Source: Candidatus Melainabacteria bacterium (GTDB taxonomy: Bacteria; Cyanobacteriota; Vampirovibrionia; 2-02-FULL-35-15). From it: DNA of 64,000 nucleotides. Positions 22,282 through 32,640 of this stretch are shown here, piece by piece (positions within the stretch are counted from its first letter, which is position 1; each line of letters begins with the position of its first letter). The notes beneath the pieces were generated by a model. That model was not told the origin of the DNA and made no database searches. It worked only from the letters and a program-made list of their open reading frames with translations. The stretch spans positions 273,907 to 337,906 of the forward strand of contig JAHFBF010000001.1 of the NCBI GenBank assembly GCA_023250195.1. Direction: 5' to 3'. Position numbers and translations under genes: made by a program.

Positions 22282-22494
22282 AACTTTAGTCCTTATTGAG
22301 ATTATTCTATAAGGAATTTATTATTTATTGGACTTGTATAAAAAACATTCTGCATATCTCAAATTTTTACTGATTAAAACCTAAAGTATGCATATTGAGT
22401 GTTTTTTATGAGATTTAATCATTTTATTAACCGTTCAATAACCTGCATATGTTACTTATGTCAGGGTCAAACAAGAAAGAAGGGGACCATATAT

Positions 22495-22875
22495 ATGTCA
22501 GAAGCAGGAGTTACAACGATGTTTAGATCTTTATTTGCACCGGGAGAAAATCCTTGGGTTGCATCATTAATTACAAATCTTAGAATTCTATATAATCACA
22601 ATACTACGGCTGAGCAGCGAAAGGCAGTTATAAGACAGTTAGAATCTATACAAAATACTTATAACGACGAAGGACAAACACTTGATAGCCTAGTTGTTAA
22701 ACAACAAATACAACAATTGATTTACCTAACCAACGGTATTAATCCTCTCCTTGGTGATACTACACAGGGATTCTTTGATTTTTTAGCAACAGACAGACAG
22801 TCTGTTTGGCAAGGATTAAATGGCCTTATAAGAACACTTCAGGCAAATGAAGTAGCAATTGTTCTCGGGGTATAA
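22495..22875 (+). CDS. hypothetical protein (orphan; ORF-track start at 22399 is probably an artefactual N-extension)
   Basis: ORF with an internal Met at MSEAGVTTMF; no motif recognised. Confidence 0.35.
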   Translation: MSEAGVTTMFRSLFAPGENPWVASLITNLRILYNHNTTAEQRKAVIRQLESIQNTYNDEGQTLDSLVVKQQIQQLIYLTNGINPLLGDTTQGFFDFLATDRQSVWQGLNGLIRTLQANEVAIVLGV

Positions 22876-22889
22876 ATAGTACAGTATTT

Positions 22890-23927
22890 CTAAAACTGCT
22901 TCAAAAATCTTAAATCACCTGTAAAAAAGTAGCGAATATCAGGAATCCTATACTTTAGCATTGTAAATCGTTCAAGTCCAAGACCGGCAGCAAAACCTAT
23001 CCATTCATCAGGATCAATGTTTACCGCTTTTAAAACATTTGGATCTACCATTCCACACCCAAGCAATTCCAACCATCCTCTATTTCCACACGTTCCACAC
23101 CCGTTTCCATCACAAAAAGGGCACTGAGCATCCAACTCAGCGCTTGGTTCAGTAAAAGGGAAAAAATCCGGTCTGAATCTTGTTTTAATTTCTTTTCCAA
23201 AAAAATTTTTAATGAACTCATTTAAGACCCATTTCATATTTCCAAAAGTAAGGGTTTTTTCAACAGCTAAGATTTCAAGTTGGTGGAAAAATGGCATTTT
23301 TCTGGCATTAATTTCTTCATTTCTGTAAACCCGTCCATGAGCCAGAACACGCAACGGCGGTTTCATTTTCTCCATAGCCTTGATTTGAATTGTAGATGTG
23401 TGGCTGCGTAAAAGTACCTGTGGAGCAACATTTGTATAAAATGTATCCTGTTCATCTCTAGCCGGGTGATCTTCCGGTGTATTTAAAGCCGTAAAGTTAT
23501 AAAATGCTGTTTCAACCTCAGGACCCTGAACCACTGTAAATCCCATACCCTGAAATATTTCAACAATTTCATTTGTAACAATACTTAGAGGATGTTCATA
23601 ACCAACTTCATTTGGAGCACCAGGCAGAGTAATATCAAATTTTTGCTCTGAAAGTTTACTTTCTAATTCTTTCCCTTCAACAAGCAATTTTTTTTCATCA
23701 TAAATGCTTTGAATATAACTTTTCAAATCGTTTAGTAATTTTCCATATATTGGTCTTTCTTCTTTAGAAAGGTTTTTAAGATTACTTTGTTCTATAATTA
23801 AAAAACTTTTTTCGCCCAAATACTTAATACGAAATGATTCAAGAGTTCTCGAATCATCAACAGATTGTGATTCTTTATTAATTTCTGTCTTTAATTTATC
23901 AATTTCTGCTTCTAATGTATTTATCAT
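22890..23927 (-). CDS. pheS: phenylalanine--tRNA ligase alpha subunit
   Basis: Class II aaRS motifs (FRPDFFPFTEPS, GCGMVDPNV). Confidence 0.9.
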   Translation of the reverse strand: MINTLEAEIDKLKTEINKESQSVDDSRTLESFRIKYLGEKSFLIIEQSNLKNLSKEERPIYGKLLNDLKSYIQSIYDEKKLLVEGKELESKLSEQKFDITLPGAPNEVGYEHPLSIVTNEIVEIFQGMGFTVVQGPEVETAFYNFTALNTPEDHPARDEQDTFYTNVAPQVLLRSHTSTIQIKAMEKMKPPLRVLAHGRVYRNEEINARKMPFFHQLEILAVEKTLTFGNMKWVLNEFIKNFFGKEIKTRFRPDFFPFTEPSAELDAQCPFCDGNGCGTCGNRGWLELLGCGMVDPNVLKAVNIDPDEWIGFAAGLGLERFTMLKYRIPDIRYFFTGDLRFLKQF

Positions 23928-24007
23928 GGTTTTATAATTTTCATAAACCTAAGACATATATTATAGAATAGAATAGACTCGTTAAACATTTTAGAATAAA
24001 ACGAGTT

Positions 24008-24099
24008 GCGTCATTGCGAGGAACGCAGTGACGAAGCAATCTCTAAAACGTAAGGAGATTGCCACGTCGGCGCTAAGAGCACCTCCTCGCAATGACGCT
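24008..24099. repeat. Family-A RPE-like element, copy A2, forming the annotated N-terminus of ORF 24028-25353
   Basis: gcgtcattgcgaggaacgcagtgacgaagcaatctc...gagattgccacgtcggcgct...cctcctcgcaatgacgc. Encodes ...EIATSALRAPPRNDA..., the same peptide as in the ligA copy. Confidence 0.75.
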
Positions 24100-25353
24100 A
24101 TCCGTAGAGCCCCTCCTCATAAACCTATGCCTCTTGATCTTAAAAAAGTCATTGTCCAGCTTAAAAACATTGAAAACAATGATGTTCAGAACATAAATAG
24201 AAACAGATTGGATTCTACCTTTAAGCTCTTTGAACTTGCCCTAAGTAATCAGGAAGAACTTAAAGCAAAGCTATATGAAACTCAAGAATCAAAAAAAGCA
24301 AACTTTTTCTTTGCAGTACCTTATAGCGATGGATCATTAGAACAAACTATAAGCTGTAATGAAAACTTTTTACAGCCTCATATAACTGTTGCAACAGACG
24401 GATCACAAATTAGTCCTTCTGCTCATGAAGTTACAGGCTCTTTTTTAATCAATATCGGGCTTGTAAGCATTCCTTACTTTGCCAAAGACATTCCTGTAAA
24501 TCTCTCGTCTGAGCCTACTATTTACAACTCTCAGGAAGAAATAAGTCCAAAGACCGCAAATGAAAATATTCAGGAAGACGATCTAATCTCTTATGAACGA
24601 ACTTTAAAAGAAATAGAAGAATTAGTCAAACTGGCAAAAAGCTACAGCAAATACAGTCTTCCAATCATAGCAATACTGGACGGCACACTTATTCACTGGC
24701 ATATTGAAAAATTCAGCAGCTATTTTATAGAGAACTTTATCAAAAGATTTTCAGATGCAATGCATGAATTAAAATCTCTTCGAATTCCTGTAGCAAGTTT
24801 TCTCAGCAACTCAAGATCAAACGATTTAATAAACATGCTCAGAATCTACAAATGCCCTTATGAATCTGTGGACTGTAAAAAACACTGTGCAAATCTTGAT
24901 TCCAGAAACCTCCCCTGTAATCCGTGCCCAGACTATGCTCCTGTATTAGACAGAAGGTTAGTTGAAAAATATTTTAGTGACAAAAAAATCAAATCAGGGA
25001 CAAGAACAGTTTTATTTAAATCAAATAGTAAAGTATTCAATCACTATCCTGATGATTTAAAGGTGTCATTTTTCTATATGAATACCGGATCTGAAATAGC
25101 AAGAGTGGAAATCCCATCTTATGTGGCTAATGATAAAGACCTGCTTGACTTAACTCACAATGCAGTTGCACTTCAGTGCAAAGTAGGATTTGGTTATCCG
25201 GTAACATTAAGTGAAGCACACTTACAGGCAGTAGTTAATAAGGCAGATCGTCAGGTATTTTATGATCTAATTAAAGAACGATTACTAAAAGGAAGACAAA
25301 TGCCGGTAAGACTTTCAAATAAAGAGTTAAAGAAGAGGGTTAGTTTCGTTTAG
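24028..25353 (+). CDS. hypothetical protein, RNase-H-like fold nuclease candidate (NurA-like?) with a Cys-rich C-terminal region
   Basis: ...HITVATDGSQ... (xDGS acidic motif as in RNase H / NurA). CxxxxxxxCxxxC...CxxC cluster. The alternative start at 24127 (MPLDL...) would exclude the repeat-encoded peptide. Confidence 0.4.
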   Translation: MTKQSLKRKEIATSALRAPPRNDAIRRAPPHKPMPLDLKKVIVQLKNIENNDVQNINRNRLDSTFKLFELALSNQEELKAKLYETQESKKANFFFAVPYSDGSLEQTISCNENFLQPHITVATDGSQISPSAHEVTGSFLINIGLVSIPYFAKDIPVNLSSEPTIYNSQEEISPKTANENIQEDDLISYERTLKEIEELVKLAKSYSKYSLPIIAILDGTLIHWHIEKFSSYFIENFIKRFSDAMHELKSLRIPVASFLSNSRSNDLINMLRIYKCPYESVDCKKHCANLDSRNLPCNPCPDYAPVLDRRLVEKYFSDKKIKSGTRTVLFKSNSKVFNHYPDDLKVSFFYMNTGSEIARVEIPSYVANDKDLLDLTHNAVALQCKVGFGYPVTLSEAHLQAVVNKADRQVFYDLIKERLLKGRQMPVRLSNKELKKRVSFV

Positions 25354-25378
25354 TTTCGTTTAGTTTAGTTTAGTTTAG
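25338..25378. repeat. GTTTAG / GTTTAGTTTC microsatellite spanning two convergent stop codons
   Basis: gttagtttcgtttagtttcgtttagtttagtttagtttag. Confidence 0.8.
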
Positions 25379-26358
25379 AAGTTGGATGTTTTTTCAGCCA
25401 GCATCACCGTAAATTCCCTTGCCTTTTTAGCAGAGTCTTTTGAAATCTTTTTTAAATCTTTTTTATTCAGCTCATCATAAAAAGCATTTAATCTTTCTAT
25501 ATGAGTATTAAAATCCATAAGACTTTTTACTGATTCGGGATCTTTCAAGCTATCACTGGCAGAAATTAAAGAAGCATTGACTTCATTTAAATGATTTAAA
25601 ATATTTGTTTTAAAACTTTGCAGATTATCAGAAACTTTTGGATTTGAAACATTTTTAGATATTTCTGTCAGATTCCCTGAAATCTCTTTAAAATCCCCTT
25701 TAAATGAAGCAGTAATATTCTTATCATTGATGACTTTATTTAATGTAGCTATTGACTTTTGTGCTTTAAGTAAAAGTGCATTGGCCTCTGTCGTTCTTTT
25801 TGTAAGTTTTTGCTTCATGCTTATTAAGTCAGCTTCATGTTCAAACAGATTATTTGCTGTTTCATTTAAAGACTCGGAAGCTCTGGAAAAAGCCATTCTC
25901 GCTTTTTCAAAATTTTCCGGAGTGACATATTTTACAACTAAGCCGGAAAAGTTTTTTAACCTATCTAAAAGATCCAGTGATGCATACAACCAGGATTCAT
26001 TTGTAATTGGCTCCTGAATAATATATGCTTTGTTTTTATCCAAATTTTCATCAGGAGGAATTATTTCAAGGACTCTACCCTGATTTGGTCTAAACGAAGT
26101 AATTGCTAATTGTGAACCAGCAGGCGGCTGTGGAACTGATTTATTAGTGATTCTTATAGTTACTAAAACTCCATCAGCAGTTGATTTTGTTCTAATTACT
26201 TCCCCTATTTTTACTCCCAGAGCAGTTACTGGAGCCCCGCTTGGCAGTCCATCAATATTTTTAAACTTTGCCTCAAAAGTCTTTTCCGGGTTGAAATAGA
26301 TATAGCTGCCAACTACTAATATAAAAATCCCCGGTAAAAGTATAAATAACCTACCCAT
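25375..26358 (-). CDS. MlaD/MCE-domain protein with C-terminal coiled coil
   Basis: N-terminal TM; MCE-like ...LPSGAPVTALGVKIGEVIRTKSTADGVLVTIRI... Confidence 0.55.
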   Translation of the reverse strand: MGRLFILLPGIFILVVGSYIYFNPEKTFEAKFKNIDGLPSGAPVTALGVKIGEVIRTKSTADGVLVTIRITNKSVPQPPAGSQLAITSFRPNQGRVLEIIPPDENLDKNKAYIIQEPITNESWLYASLDLLDRLKNFSGLVVKYVTPENFEKARMAFSRASESLNETANNLFEHEADLISMKQKLTKRTTEANALLLKAQKSIATLNKVINDKNITASFKGDFKEISGNLTEISKNVSNPKVSDNLQSFKTNILNHLNEVNASLISASDSLKDPESVKSLMDFNTHIERLNAFYDELNKKDLKKISKDSAKKAREFTVMLAEKTSNF

Positions 26359-26366
26359 AAGTAATT

Positions 26367-26864
26367 TTATGACTGTGGTGTATGTAATTCTTTCTCTTTA
26401 GTCTCGGCATCCTGGATGGCAGACTTATACAAGTCTTCATTATTTTCATTATAAAATATTGAAACTACTTCACCTGTAGTTGGAACAACTATACCAACAG
26501 TTGCAGTCCTGCTCTTATTTGCATTATAAAAATCAATGATTTTAAGATCCTTTGCCCACTTCTGTGAAACCTCTGCTTTTGACGGTGTAGAAACGTCAAG
26601 CTGAACCAGTTCAATTTGTGGAAAATCTTTAACAATTTGATCCAAAGCAGGTTGTATATTTTTGCAACCAGGACACCAACTGGCATAAATCTCGGCAAGG
26701 ATTATTTTCTTATCACCGACTTTTTCTTCAACTGCTTGTTTGCTTTTTGTGACTTGGCTGTTTGTCCCTTTATGTTTTTTGAAAAGAAAGGCAGATGAAG
26801 GATTATTTAGGGTAATCCCAATAAACAAAATTAACATTAAAATTAGAATTATTTTTCTAAACAT
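26367..26864 (-). CDS. periplasmic thioredoxin-like thiol:disulfide oxidoreductase
   Basis: Signal peptide plus WCPGC active site. Confidence 0.65.
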   Translation of the reverse strand: MFRKIILILMLILFIGITLNNPSSAFLFKKHKGTNSQVTKSKQAVEEKVGDKKIILAEIYASWCPGCKNIQPALDQIVKDFPQIELVQLDVSTPSKAEVSQKWAKDLKIIDFYNANKSRTATVGIVVPTTGEVVSIFYNENNEDLYKSAIQDAETKEKELHTPQS

Positions 26865-27088
26865 TTACTCCTCCAAATTTTTTAGTTTTCCTTTAATTAA
26901 AGGATACATCTCTTTATAATAATATATATTGTAAGCTCTGGGGGTAAGTAAAACAGGCTACATCATTGTGAAGTAACTCTTCGCAATGATGGTTACCCGA
27001 AAAATAACACCACAGGAACATAACTTGCCAATTAGTTTGTATTATTGTTAGCATGTAAAGGTCAAATAAATAAAGGTTTTTTTATTAT

Positions 27089-27841
27089 ATGCAATTACAA
27101 GAGGAACTAAAACAAGAAAACGAATCAAATAATAAAGAGATTAAAACTTCATTTAAAACAAAAGCCTCATTACTCTTTAAAGAAATTATTGAACTTATCT
27201 TAGTTACGCTGTTACTTTTAATTGTAATAAGGCAGGGATTCATTGAAGCAAGATATATTCCAAGTGAATCTATGGTCCCCACACTAAAAGTAAATGATCG
27301 TTTAATTGTTGAAAAAGTTACTAAAAATTTAAGTCTTGTGGGATTCAATTTTCCTATTCAACGTGGGGACATTGTAGTGTTTTATCCACCTCCAGAAGGA
27401 AATCACGGTAAAGATTTGCATCATGATCCACTTAGCATTTTCGCCAGATGGACAGGCCTGCCATTTTTACCTCAAGATGATGCCTATATTAAAAGAGTTA
27501 TTGGTTTACCGGGAGATATAATTGAAATACACAAAGGAGAAGGAGTATTTATTAATGGAATGTTACTCATTGAACCCTATGTAAATGAGGTTCCAGATTA
27601 TACCTGTATAAATTTAGAAGATATACCTTCTTACAGAAGGCAGGGCAAAACCGGCAAAATCATTGTTCCAAAAGGACATCTCTTTATGATGGGAGATAAC
27701 AGAAACAGAAGTCAGGATAGTCACGTCTGGGGATTCTTGGACAAGAAAAGAATCGTTGGTAGAGCAGCCGTGATTGTTTGGAGAACATTAAAAGAAAAAC
27801 CAATTTTATTTCAACATACACAAAAGCTGCTTAATTTCTAA
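27089..27841 (+). CDS. lepB: signal peptidase I
   Basis: SESMVPTL (Ser box), GDNRNRSQDSHVWGF (box E). Confidence 0.8.
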   Translation: MQLQEELKQENESNNKEIKTSFKTKASLLFKEIIELILVTLLLLIVIRQGFIEARYIPSESMVPTLKVNDRLIVEKVTKNLSLVGFNFPIQRGDIVVFYPPPEGNHGKDLHHDPLSIFARWTGLPFLPQDDAYIKRVIGLPGDIIEIHKGEGVFINGMLLIEPYVNEVPDYTCINLEDIPSYRRQGKTGKIIVPKGHLFMMGDNRNRSQDSHVWGFLDKKRIVGRAAVIVWRTLKEKPILFQHTQKLLNF

Positions 27842-27842
27842 A

Positions 27843-28925
27843 ATGCCTCCTAAAAAAGAAAAAACTGCTTACGTTAGAGATATTCACAAACCAATCAAAG
27901 GTTTTGGTCAATCTGTTTTCTGGAGAGCTTTCAGCCTGTGGTTAATAGTAAGTTTTTTCTTCTTCTTATATAATAATCATCCTTATTATTTAAATGATGA
28001 TTTTAATAATGCCAGAGTATTAATACGCAGTGCTTATATGATCTTTTGTGTTCTGGCTCTGCCATATACATGGTTTACACTAAAGTTTAACTACAGAATA
28101 AAGGATGATTTTCGTGACCCTTCGATAATATTCTTTGTGCTTTTAAAAAGAGTTGGTCTTATGCTTGCAAGCAGGGATTTTGGGCAGATTTCAGGACTAT
28201 TTACGGTAAAAAGATTTAATAATTTTTGCCTGACCTGCCTGGTAAAAGGTTTCTTTCTACCTCTCATGGCAATGTTTATGTTTCACCATGTAACCACGGT
28301 ACAGCAGTTAATGGTAAATGTTTCAACACCAATGGATGGAATACCACTTTGTAACTGGTTTTTAGATTTAATTTATAATCTCTTATTTGTGTTTGATACA
28401 GGTATTGCACTAATCGGATATGGACTTGAATTAAAATGGTTTGGAAATAAAACAAGATCAGTTGAGCCTACGATGTTTGGATGGGCTGTAGCACTTATGT
28501 GTTATCCCCCATTCAACCAAACAAGCAGTGTTTATTTTCCACTTTATGACAGGCAGGATTTTTTCATTCAATTTACAGAAGAACAAAAAATCTTTATTAG
28601 ACTAATTATAATTTTCTTATATGGAATATTTGTCTGGGGAACATTTGCTCTCGGGGTACGATTTAGTAATTTAAGTAACAAGGGAATTATTGGCCGCGGT
28701 CCTTACAGATTTGTAAGACATCCTGCTTATGCATCAAAAAATATTGCCTGGTGGTTTGAACATATTCAATACATGAAAGGCGGACATAATATCCTGCCGC
28801 TGCTGTGCTGGAATATGATTTATGCACTTCGTGCCATTACAGAAGAAAGACATCTAATGAAAGACCCGGACTATCGCACCTATATGAAAAAAGTTAAGTA
28901 TCGGTTTATTCCAGGGGTATTTTAA
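27843..28925 (+). CDS. polytopic membrane protein with C-terminal ICMT/PEMT-type methyltransferase region
   Basis: ...GPYRFVRHPAY...EERHLMKDPDYRTYMKKVKYRFIP, characteristic of isoprenylcysteine / phospholipid methyltransferases. Confidence 0.5.
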   Translation: MPPKKEKTAYVRDIHKPIKGFGQSVFWRAFSLWLIVSFFFFLYNNHPYYLNDDFNNARVLIRSAYMIFCVLALPYTWFTLKFNYRIKDDFRDPSIIFFVLLKRVGLMLASRDFGQISGLFTVKRFNNFCLTCLVKGFFLPLMAMFMFHHVTTVQQLMVNVSTPMDGIPLCNWFLDLIYNLLFVFDTGIALIGYGLELKWFGNKTRSVEPTMFGWAVALMCYPPFNQTSSVYFPLYDRQDFFIQFTEEQKIFIRLIIIFLYGIFVWGTFALGVRFSNLSNKGIIGRGPYRFVRHPAYASKNIAWWFEHIQYMKGGHNILPLLCWNMIYALRAITEERHLMKDPDYRTYMKKVKYRFIPGVF

Positions 28926-30340
28926 TTAGCTGTTCCGTTAAAGTAGGTTTGTGCCTTTTTCCAGACTAAAGCTCCTATTTTACGTCCAAGTTTGCGGGCC
29001 TGGAAATCACCATCTTTAAAATGGATGCCACCCAAACGGCGAGATAAACCAGCTTCATTTGCAGCTTGTGAAAAAGTTTTCCATGAAAGTGTTACATCGC
29101 TTTTTGGAATATTTCCCGGTTCAATTACTGATGATCCTGCAGAAATGGTTACATGATTTTCAAAACTATCATTTCCTGTAAAAGATTTTAAAATTTCTGC
29201 ACTTGCTGCACTAAAAGTACTATGACCTGAAACATATTCTGCAAATGCCGGGGTTGAAATATAAGAATTCCAATCTTGTCCTTTAATAGTTTGTGTTCCC
29301 AGATTAGCTCCTGCCCATGCACTTATATCTTTGTCTTTAAAAAGAAATCTAATTGCAGTTACAGGACGCTCAGAGTCATAAACACGTTTGCTGTTCCATA
29401 CAGAAATACCTGCATCAAAAAGAGCATTTCCTAACGCAAAAAACATTTTTACGTCATTATCAAGTGTATGACTATCTCTATTAGAAACAAACTGTGCAAA
29501 AAGGCACCAGTGCCCTGGAGGTGTTACTGTTGCAGGTCCATCTGCCCAGTATTCAGCAATTGATTTTGTTCTATCGTTTAGGTTTGCACTGAGCATGATA
29601 AGTTCTACAGCCTGATCCCTGTATCTTCTGCCAGGAAATGTTGCTGGTGCAGGCGGTAAAATTTGATTACCAGAAGTAAGAGCAAAAGGAATTATCCTTC
29701 CCCAGTGAGGAGTAAGAAATTTTTGCTCTTTACCAGTAGACGGTACAATAAGTGGCTGCCATTTGTTTGGATTATTAACTTCAGCTGCAGTATTACCCGG
29801 CACATAACCTGTGTAATCAGAATATGCCCCTGAATTTAAATCACCAAGCTGGTTTGAACCATCCATATGGCGAAACTCAATTACTGCATTTGCTGCTGTG
29901 TTTCCAATACCAGCTGGAGTTATTGTATCTATTGAAGTGTCAGAAGGATCAAATCCCAAGCTTTTCATTAAGTCATCAAAACTTGCTTTCTCAGTCGGCA
30001 AAAGATCAACTAATGCTTTGTAAGCAGCATAACTAACTGCTTTTGTTTTATTTTCATCTGTCTGTTCTGTCTCAGGACGTCTAAGTGTTCCACCAAGCCG
30101 AGTTCCAACTGCTTTTGAATCATATGCTGCCCATGCATCATATATGCAGGTATGGACTATAGCCAGTGCACGTGAGGCCATTGGCGGTGCAAGTTTAGTT
30201 TTGCCTACAGCCTGTAATAATGCTTGATTCCACTGGATAACAGCATTATCAGTGCTCTCAGAATAACCTGGTCTGCCGGATAAAATAACCACACAGAGCA
30301 AGAACAAAAATATAAAATGCTTAATTTGACTAAGTTTCAT
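28922..30340 (-). CDS. secreted PAP2-superfamily protein (vanadium-haloperoxidase / acid-phosphatase-like)
   Basis: Signal peptide; K...RP (SERP), PSGHS-like (SGHS) and downstream R/H motif arrangement. Confidence 0.5.
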   Translation of the reverse strand: MKLSQIKHFIFLFLLCVVILSGRPGYSESTDNAVIQWNQALLQAVGKTKLAPPMASRALAIVHTCIYDAWAAYDSKAVGTRLGGTLRRPETEQTDENKTKAVSYAAYKALVDLLPTEKASFDDLMKSLGFDPSDTSIDTITPAGIGNTAANAVIEFRHMDGSNQLGDLNSGAYSDYTGYVPGNTAAEVNNPNKWQPLIVPSTGKEQKFLTPHWGRIIPFALTSGNQILPPAPATFPGRRYRDQAVELIMLSANLNDRTKSIAEYWADGPATVTPPGHWCLFAQFVSNRDSHTLDNDVKMFFALGNALFDAGISVWNSKRVYDSERPVTAIRFLFKDKDISAWAGANLGTQTIKGQDWNSYISTPAFAEYVSGHSTFSAASAEILKSFTGNDSFENHVTISAGSSVIEPGNIPKSDVTLSWKTFSQAANEAGLSRRLGGIHFKDGDFQARKLGRKIGALVWKKAQTYFNGTAN

Positions 30341-30490
30341 GAAATCTCCCTTTTAAAAATTTTATTTAACAACTGAGACAGTTGAATAAATTAACATAAA
30401 TAACTGGTATTTCTTTAGAGAATAAATTGAACCTTAGAAGAATTTAATCTTGTATTTATTTTTAAAAAGGTAAAACATAATTTATTTTTT

Positions 30491-30576
30491 ATAAGCGCTC
30501 CGTGCTTACGCACTCCGCTTTTATCGGTTAATTCCTTTCACTAGATCGGATTTGCCGAATAAATCGGACAAATCCT
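30491..30576. repeat. Family-B element, full-length copy
   Basis: ataagcgctccgtgcttacgcactccgcttttatcggttaattcctttcactagatcggatttgccgaataaatcggacaaatcc; about 85% identical to 32641-32723. Confidence 0.7.
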
Positions 30577-30791
30577 ATAATTGTGAATCATAAGAATTAT
30601 TGATCGGGTAGCAGAGGATCTTGTACGTGTAGGTTTTAAACCTGTACCTGAGCCACGCTCCAAATTTAACTAGCAAATTCTAACTTTTGAAATGCATCTA
30701 GATACAACTCATTTATGTAACTTAAAATTACATGCAATGACGTAACTAGTTATATCTCCAGATATGATAAGTTTAAAATATAACAACGAGA

Positions 30792-32630
30792 TTGGAAATG
30801 AAGCTTGAAAACCTAAAAACAATATTTAGCCTGGATATAAGAGCACTTTCAGTCTTCAGGATCGCACTTGCTCTTCTAATTATTTATGATCTAACAACAA
30901 GAGTATCAGATCTTACCGCTCACTACACAGACAGCGGAATATTACCAATGCAAGTAATATTAAATGATAGCCCTCTGTTTCAGTACCTATACATTCACTT
31001 TTTTTCAGGTAGTACAGGGTTTGAAGCTTTTGTGTTCGTCATTGCTTATTTATTTGGATTTTTGCTTCTTATAGGATATAAAACAAGACTTGCAACAATA
31101 ATCTCCTGGTATCTCTTAATTTCTCTACAGGCAAGAAATAATTTTATTTTATACGGTTCTGACTTTTTGCTTCGCATACTACTTTTCTGGAGCATGTTTT
31201 TACCACTTGGTCTATGTTATTCAGTAGATGGCATACTAAACAAAGCAAAAAAATATAAATCAAATTTAGTATTTTCAGGTTGGACAATTGGTTATGTTAT
31301 CCAAATTGCACTTGTTTACTTTTTTGCTGCAATGTTAAAAAGTGGTGCTGAATGGCATGAAGAAAAAAGCGCTGTTTATTACGCTTTAAACCTCGAAACA
31401 TATGCAAGACCCCTTGCTGAAAGCTTATTACAACTACCAGGAGAATATCTGAAACTGCTTACAAGTGCAGTTCTTTGGTTTGAGTATATAGCACCTTTCT
31501 TACTATTCTCACCAATTTTTACTAGTCAAGTAAGAATACTTGCAATACTTGGATTAATTACACTTCACATTGGGTTTAATACATTTTTAGAACTTGGACA
31601 TTTTGGAATTTGCTCAATTATTGCAATACTCCCTTTACTTCCCCTCAAAAACAAGGCAAACAATATTCTCAAAGAGGCTACCCAGCATATTACAGAAAAA
31701 ATAGCTGTGACACTTCTTATTCTTTACATTTTTACCTTAAACATTGCAACAGTAAATCCAAACTTCAAAATACATAAATCAATTTTCTGCATTGCTAAAT
31801 ATTTACAATTAGATCAACAATGGGGAATGTTTGCGCCGCATCCTGCCAAAGAAGATCTTTGGCCTGTAATTGTAGGCAGACTAAAAAATAAAGAGATTGT
31901 AAATTTGCTAACTGCTGATCAAAAAGTAAACTTTAAAAAGCCTGATTCTCTATTAGATCTTTTTCCAAACATTAGATGGAGATCTTTTATAAGTCTAATA
32001 ACAAAAACTAAAAACTTTGAATACTTAGGAAGCAACTGTAAATACTACAGCAAATATTTGTGTGAAGAATGGAATAAAAATCACATAGAAGATCTTAAGC
32101 TTGAGTGGATAGAATTTTATTTTATGCAGGAATCAAACATACCAGAGAAGAAATCAATCAAGCCAACAATCATTCCTGTATTGGACTACAACTGTAATCA
32201 TAGCCTTGCTATTGATATAAATTACGCAAGGATACTTATCAGTAAAGAAATAAAAACAGAATTTCCTAAGCCGTTTGGTGAACATTTATTAATCTGGGCA
32301 GAAGGTGCAAAAAAAGAAAATAATCAGAAAAAATATAGTGCTATAAAATCACTTATAAATTCAATAAGTAATGAAGGTTTCAACCATATAAATGTAAGTA
32401 AGGATTTAATAAACCTCGCTAATATTTACAAGAAGGAAAAAGATTTTAAAAAAGCAGAATTATTATATAAACTAGCACTCTTAACATGGATACAAAATAC
32501 AAAAGAAGGAGCACTAACACATATTCAAGCTCTCAAAAATCTTGAAGAACTATACAAGTCACAGAAAAGAAAAAATGAAATAGTAATCATCGAGGGTTGG
32601 GAAAGACTCCTTGAACTCACTATTAGCTAA
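30792..32630 (+). CDS. HTTM-domain (vitamin-K-dependent gamma-carboxylase-like) membrane protein with C-terminal helical domain
   Basis: N-terminal ...LDIRALSVFRIALALLIIYDL... HTTM signature and multiple TM helices; 612 aa. Confidence 0.55.
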   Translation: MEMKLENLKTIFSLDIRALSVFRIALALLIIYDLTTRVSDLTAHYTDSGILPMQVILNDSPLFQYLYIHFFSGSTGFEAFVFVIAYLFGFLLLIGYKTRLATIISWYLLISLQARNNFILYGSDFLLRILLFWSMFLPLGLCYSVDGILNKAKKYKSNLVFSGWTIGYVIQIALVYFFAAMLKSGAEWHEEKSAVYYALNLETYARPLAESLLQLPGEYLKLLTSAVLWFEYIAPFLLFSPIFTSQVRILAILGLITLHIGFNTFLELGHFGICSIIAILPLLPLKNKANNILKEATQHITEKIAVTLLILYIFTLNIATVNPNFKIHKSIFCIAKYLQLDQQWGMFAPHPAKEDLWPVIVGRLKNKEIVNLLTADQKVNFKKPDSLLDLFPNIRWRSFISLITKTKNFEYLGSNCKYYSKYLCEEWNKNHIEDLKLEWIEFYFMQESNIPEKKSIKPTIIPVLDYNCNHSLAIDINYARILISKEIKTEFPKPFGEHLLIWAEGAKKENNQKKYSAIKSLINSISNEGFNHINVSKDLINLANIYKKEKDFKKAELLYKLALLTWIQNTKEGALTHIQALKNLEELYKSQKRKNEIVIIEGWERLLELTIS

Positions 32631-32640
32631 ATTATTTTTT

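Noticed and set aside
22399-22494. N-terminal 32 codons of the ORF-track model 22399-22875.
   Set aside because: The extension (MFFMRFNHFINRSITCICYLCQGQTRKKGTIY) is AT-rich spacer-like. The internal ATG at 22495 is the more plausible start.
25338-25378. Possible CRISPR array (GTTTAG tandem repeats).
   Set aside because: Units are 6-10 nt with no spacers, i.e. a microsatellite. No cas genes or repeat-spacer architecture occur anywhere in the window.
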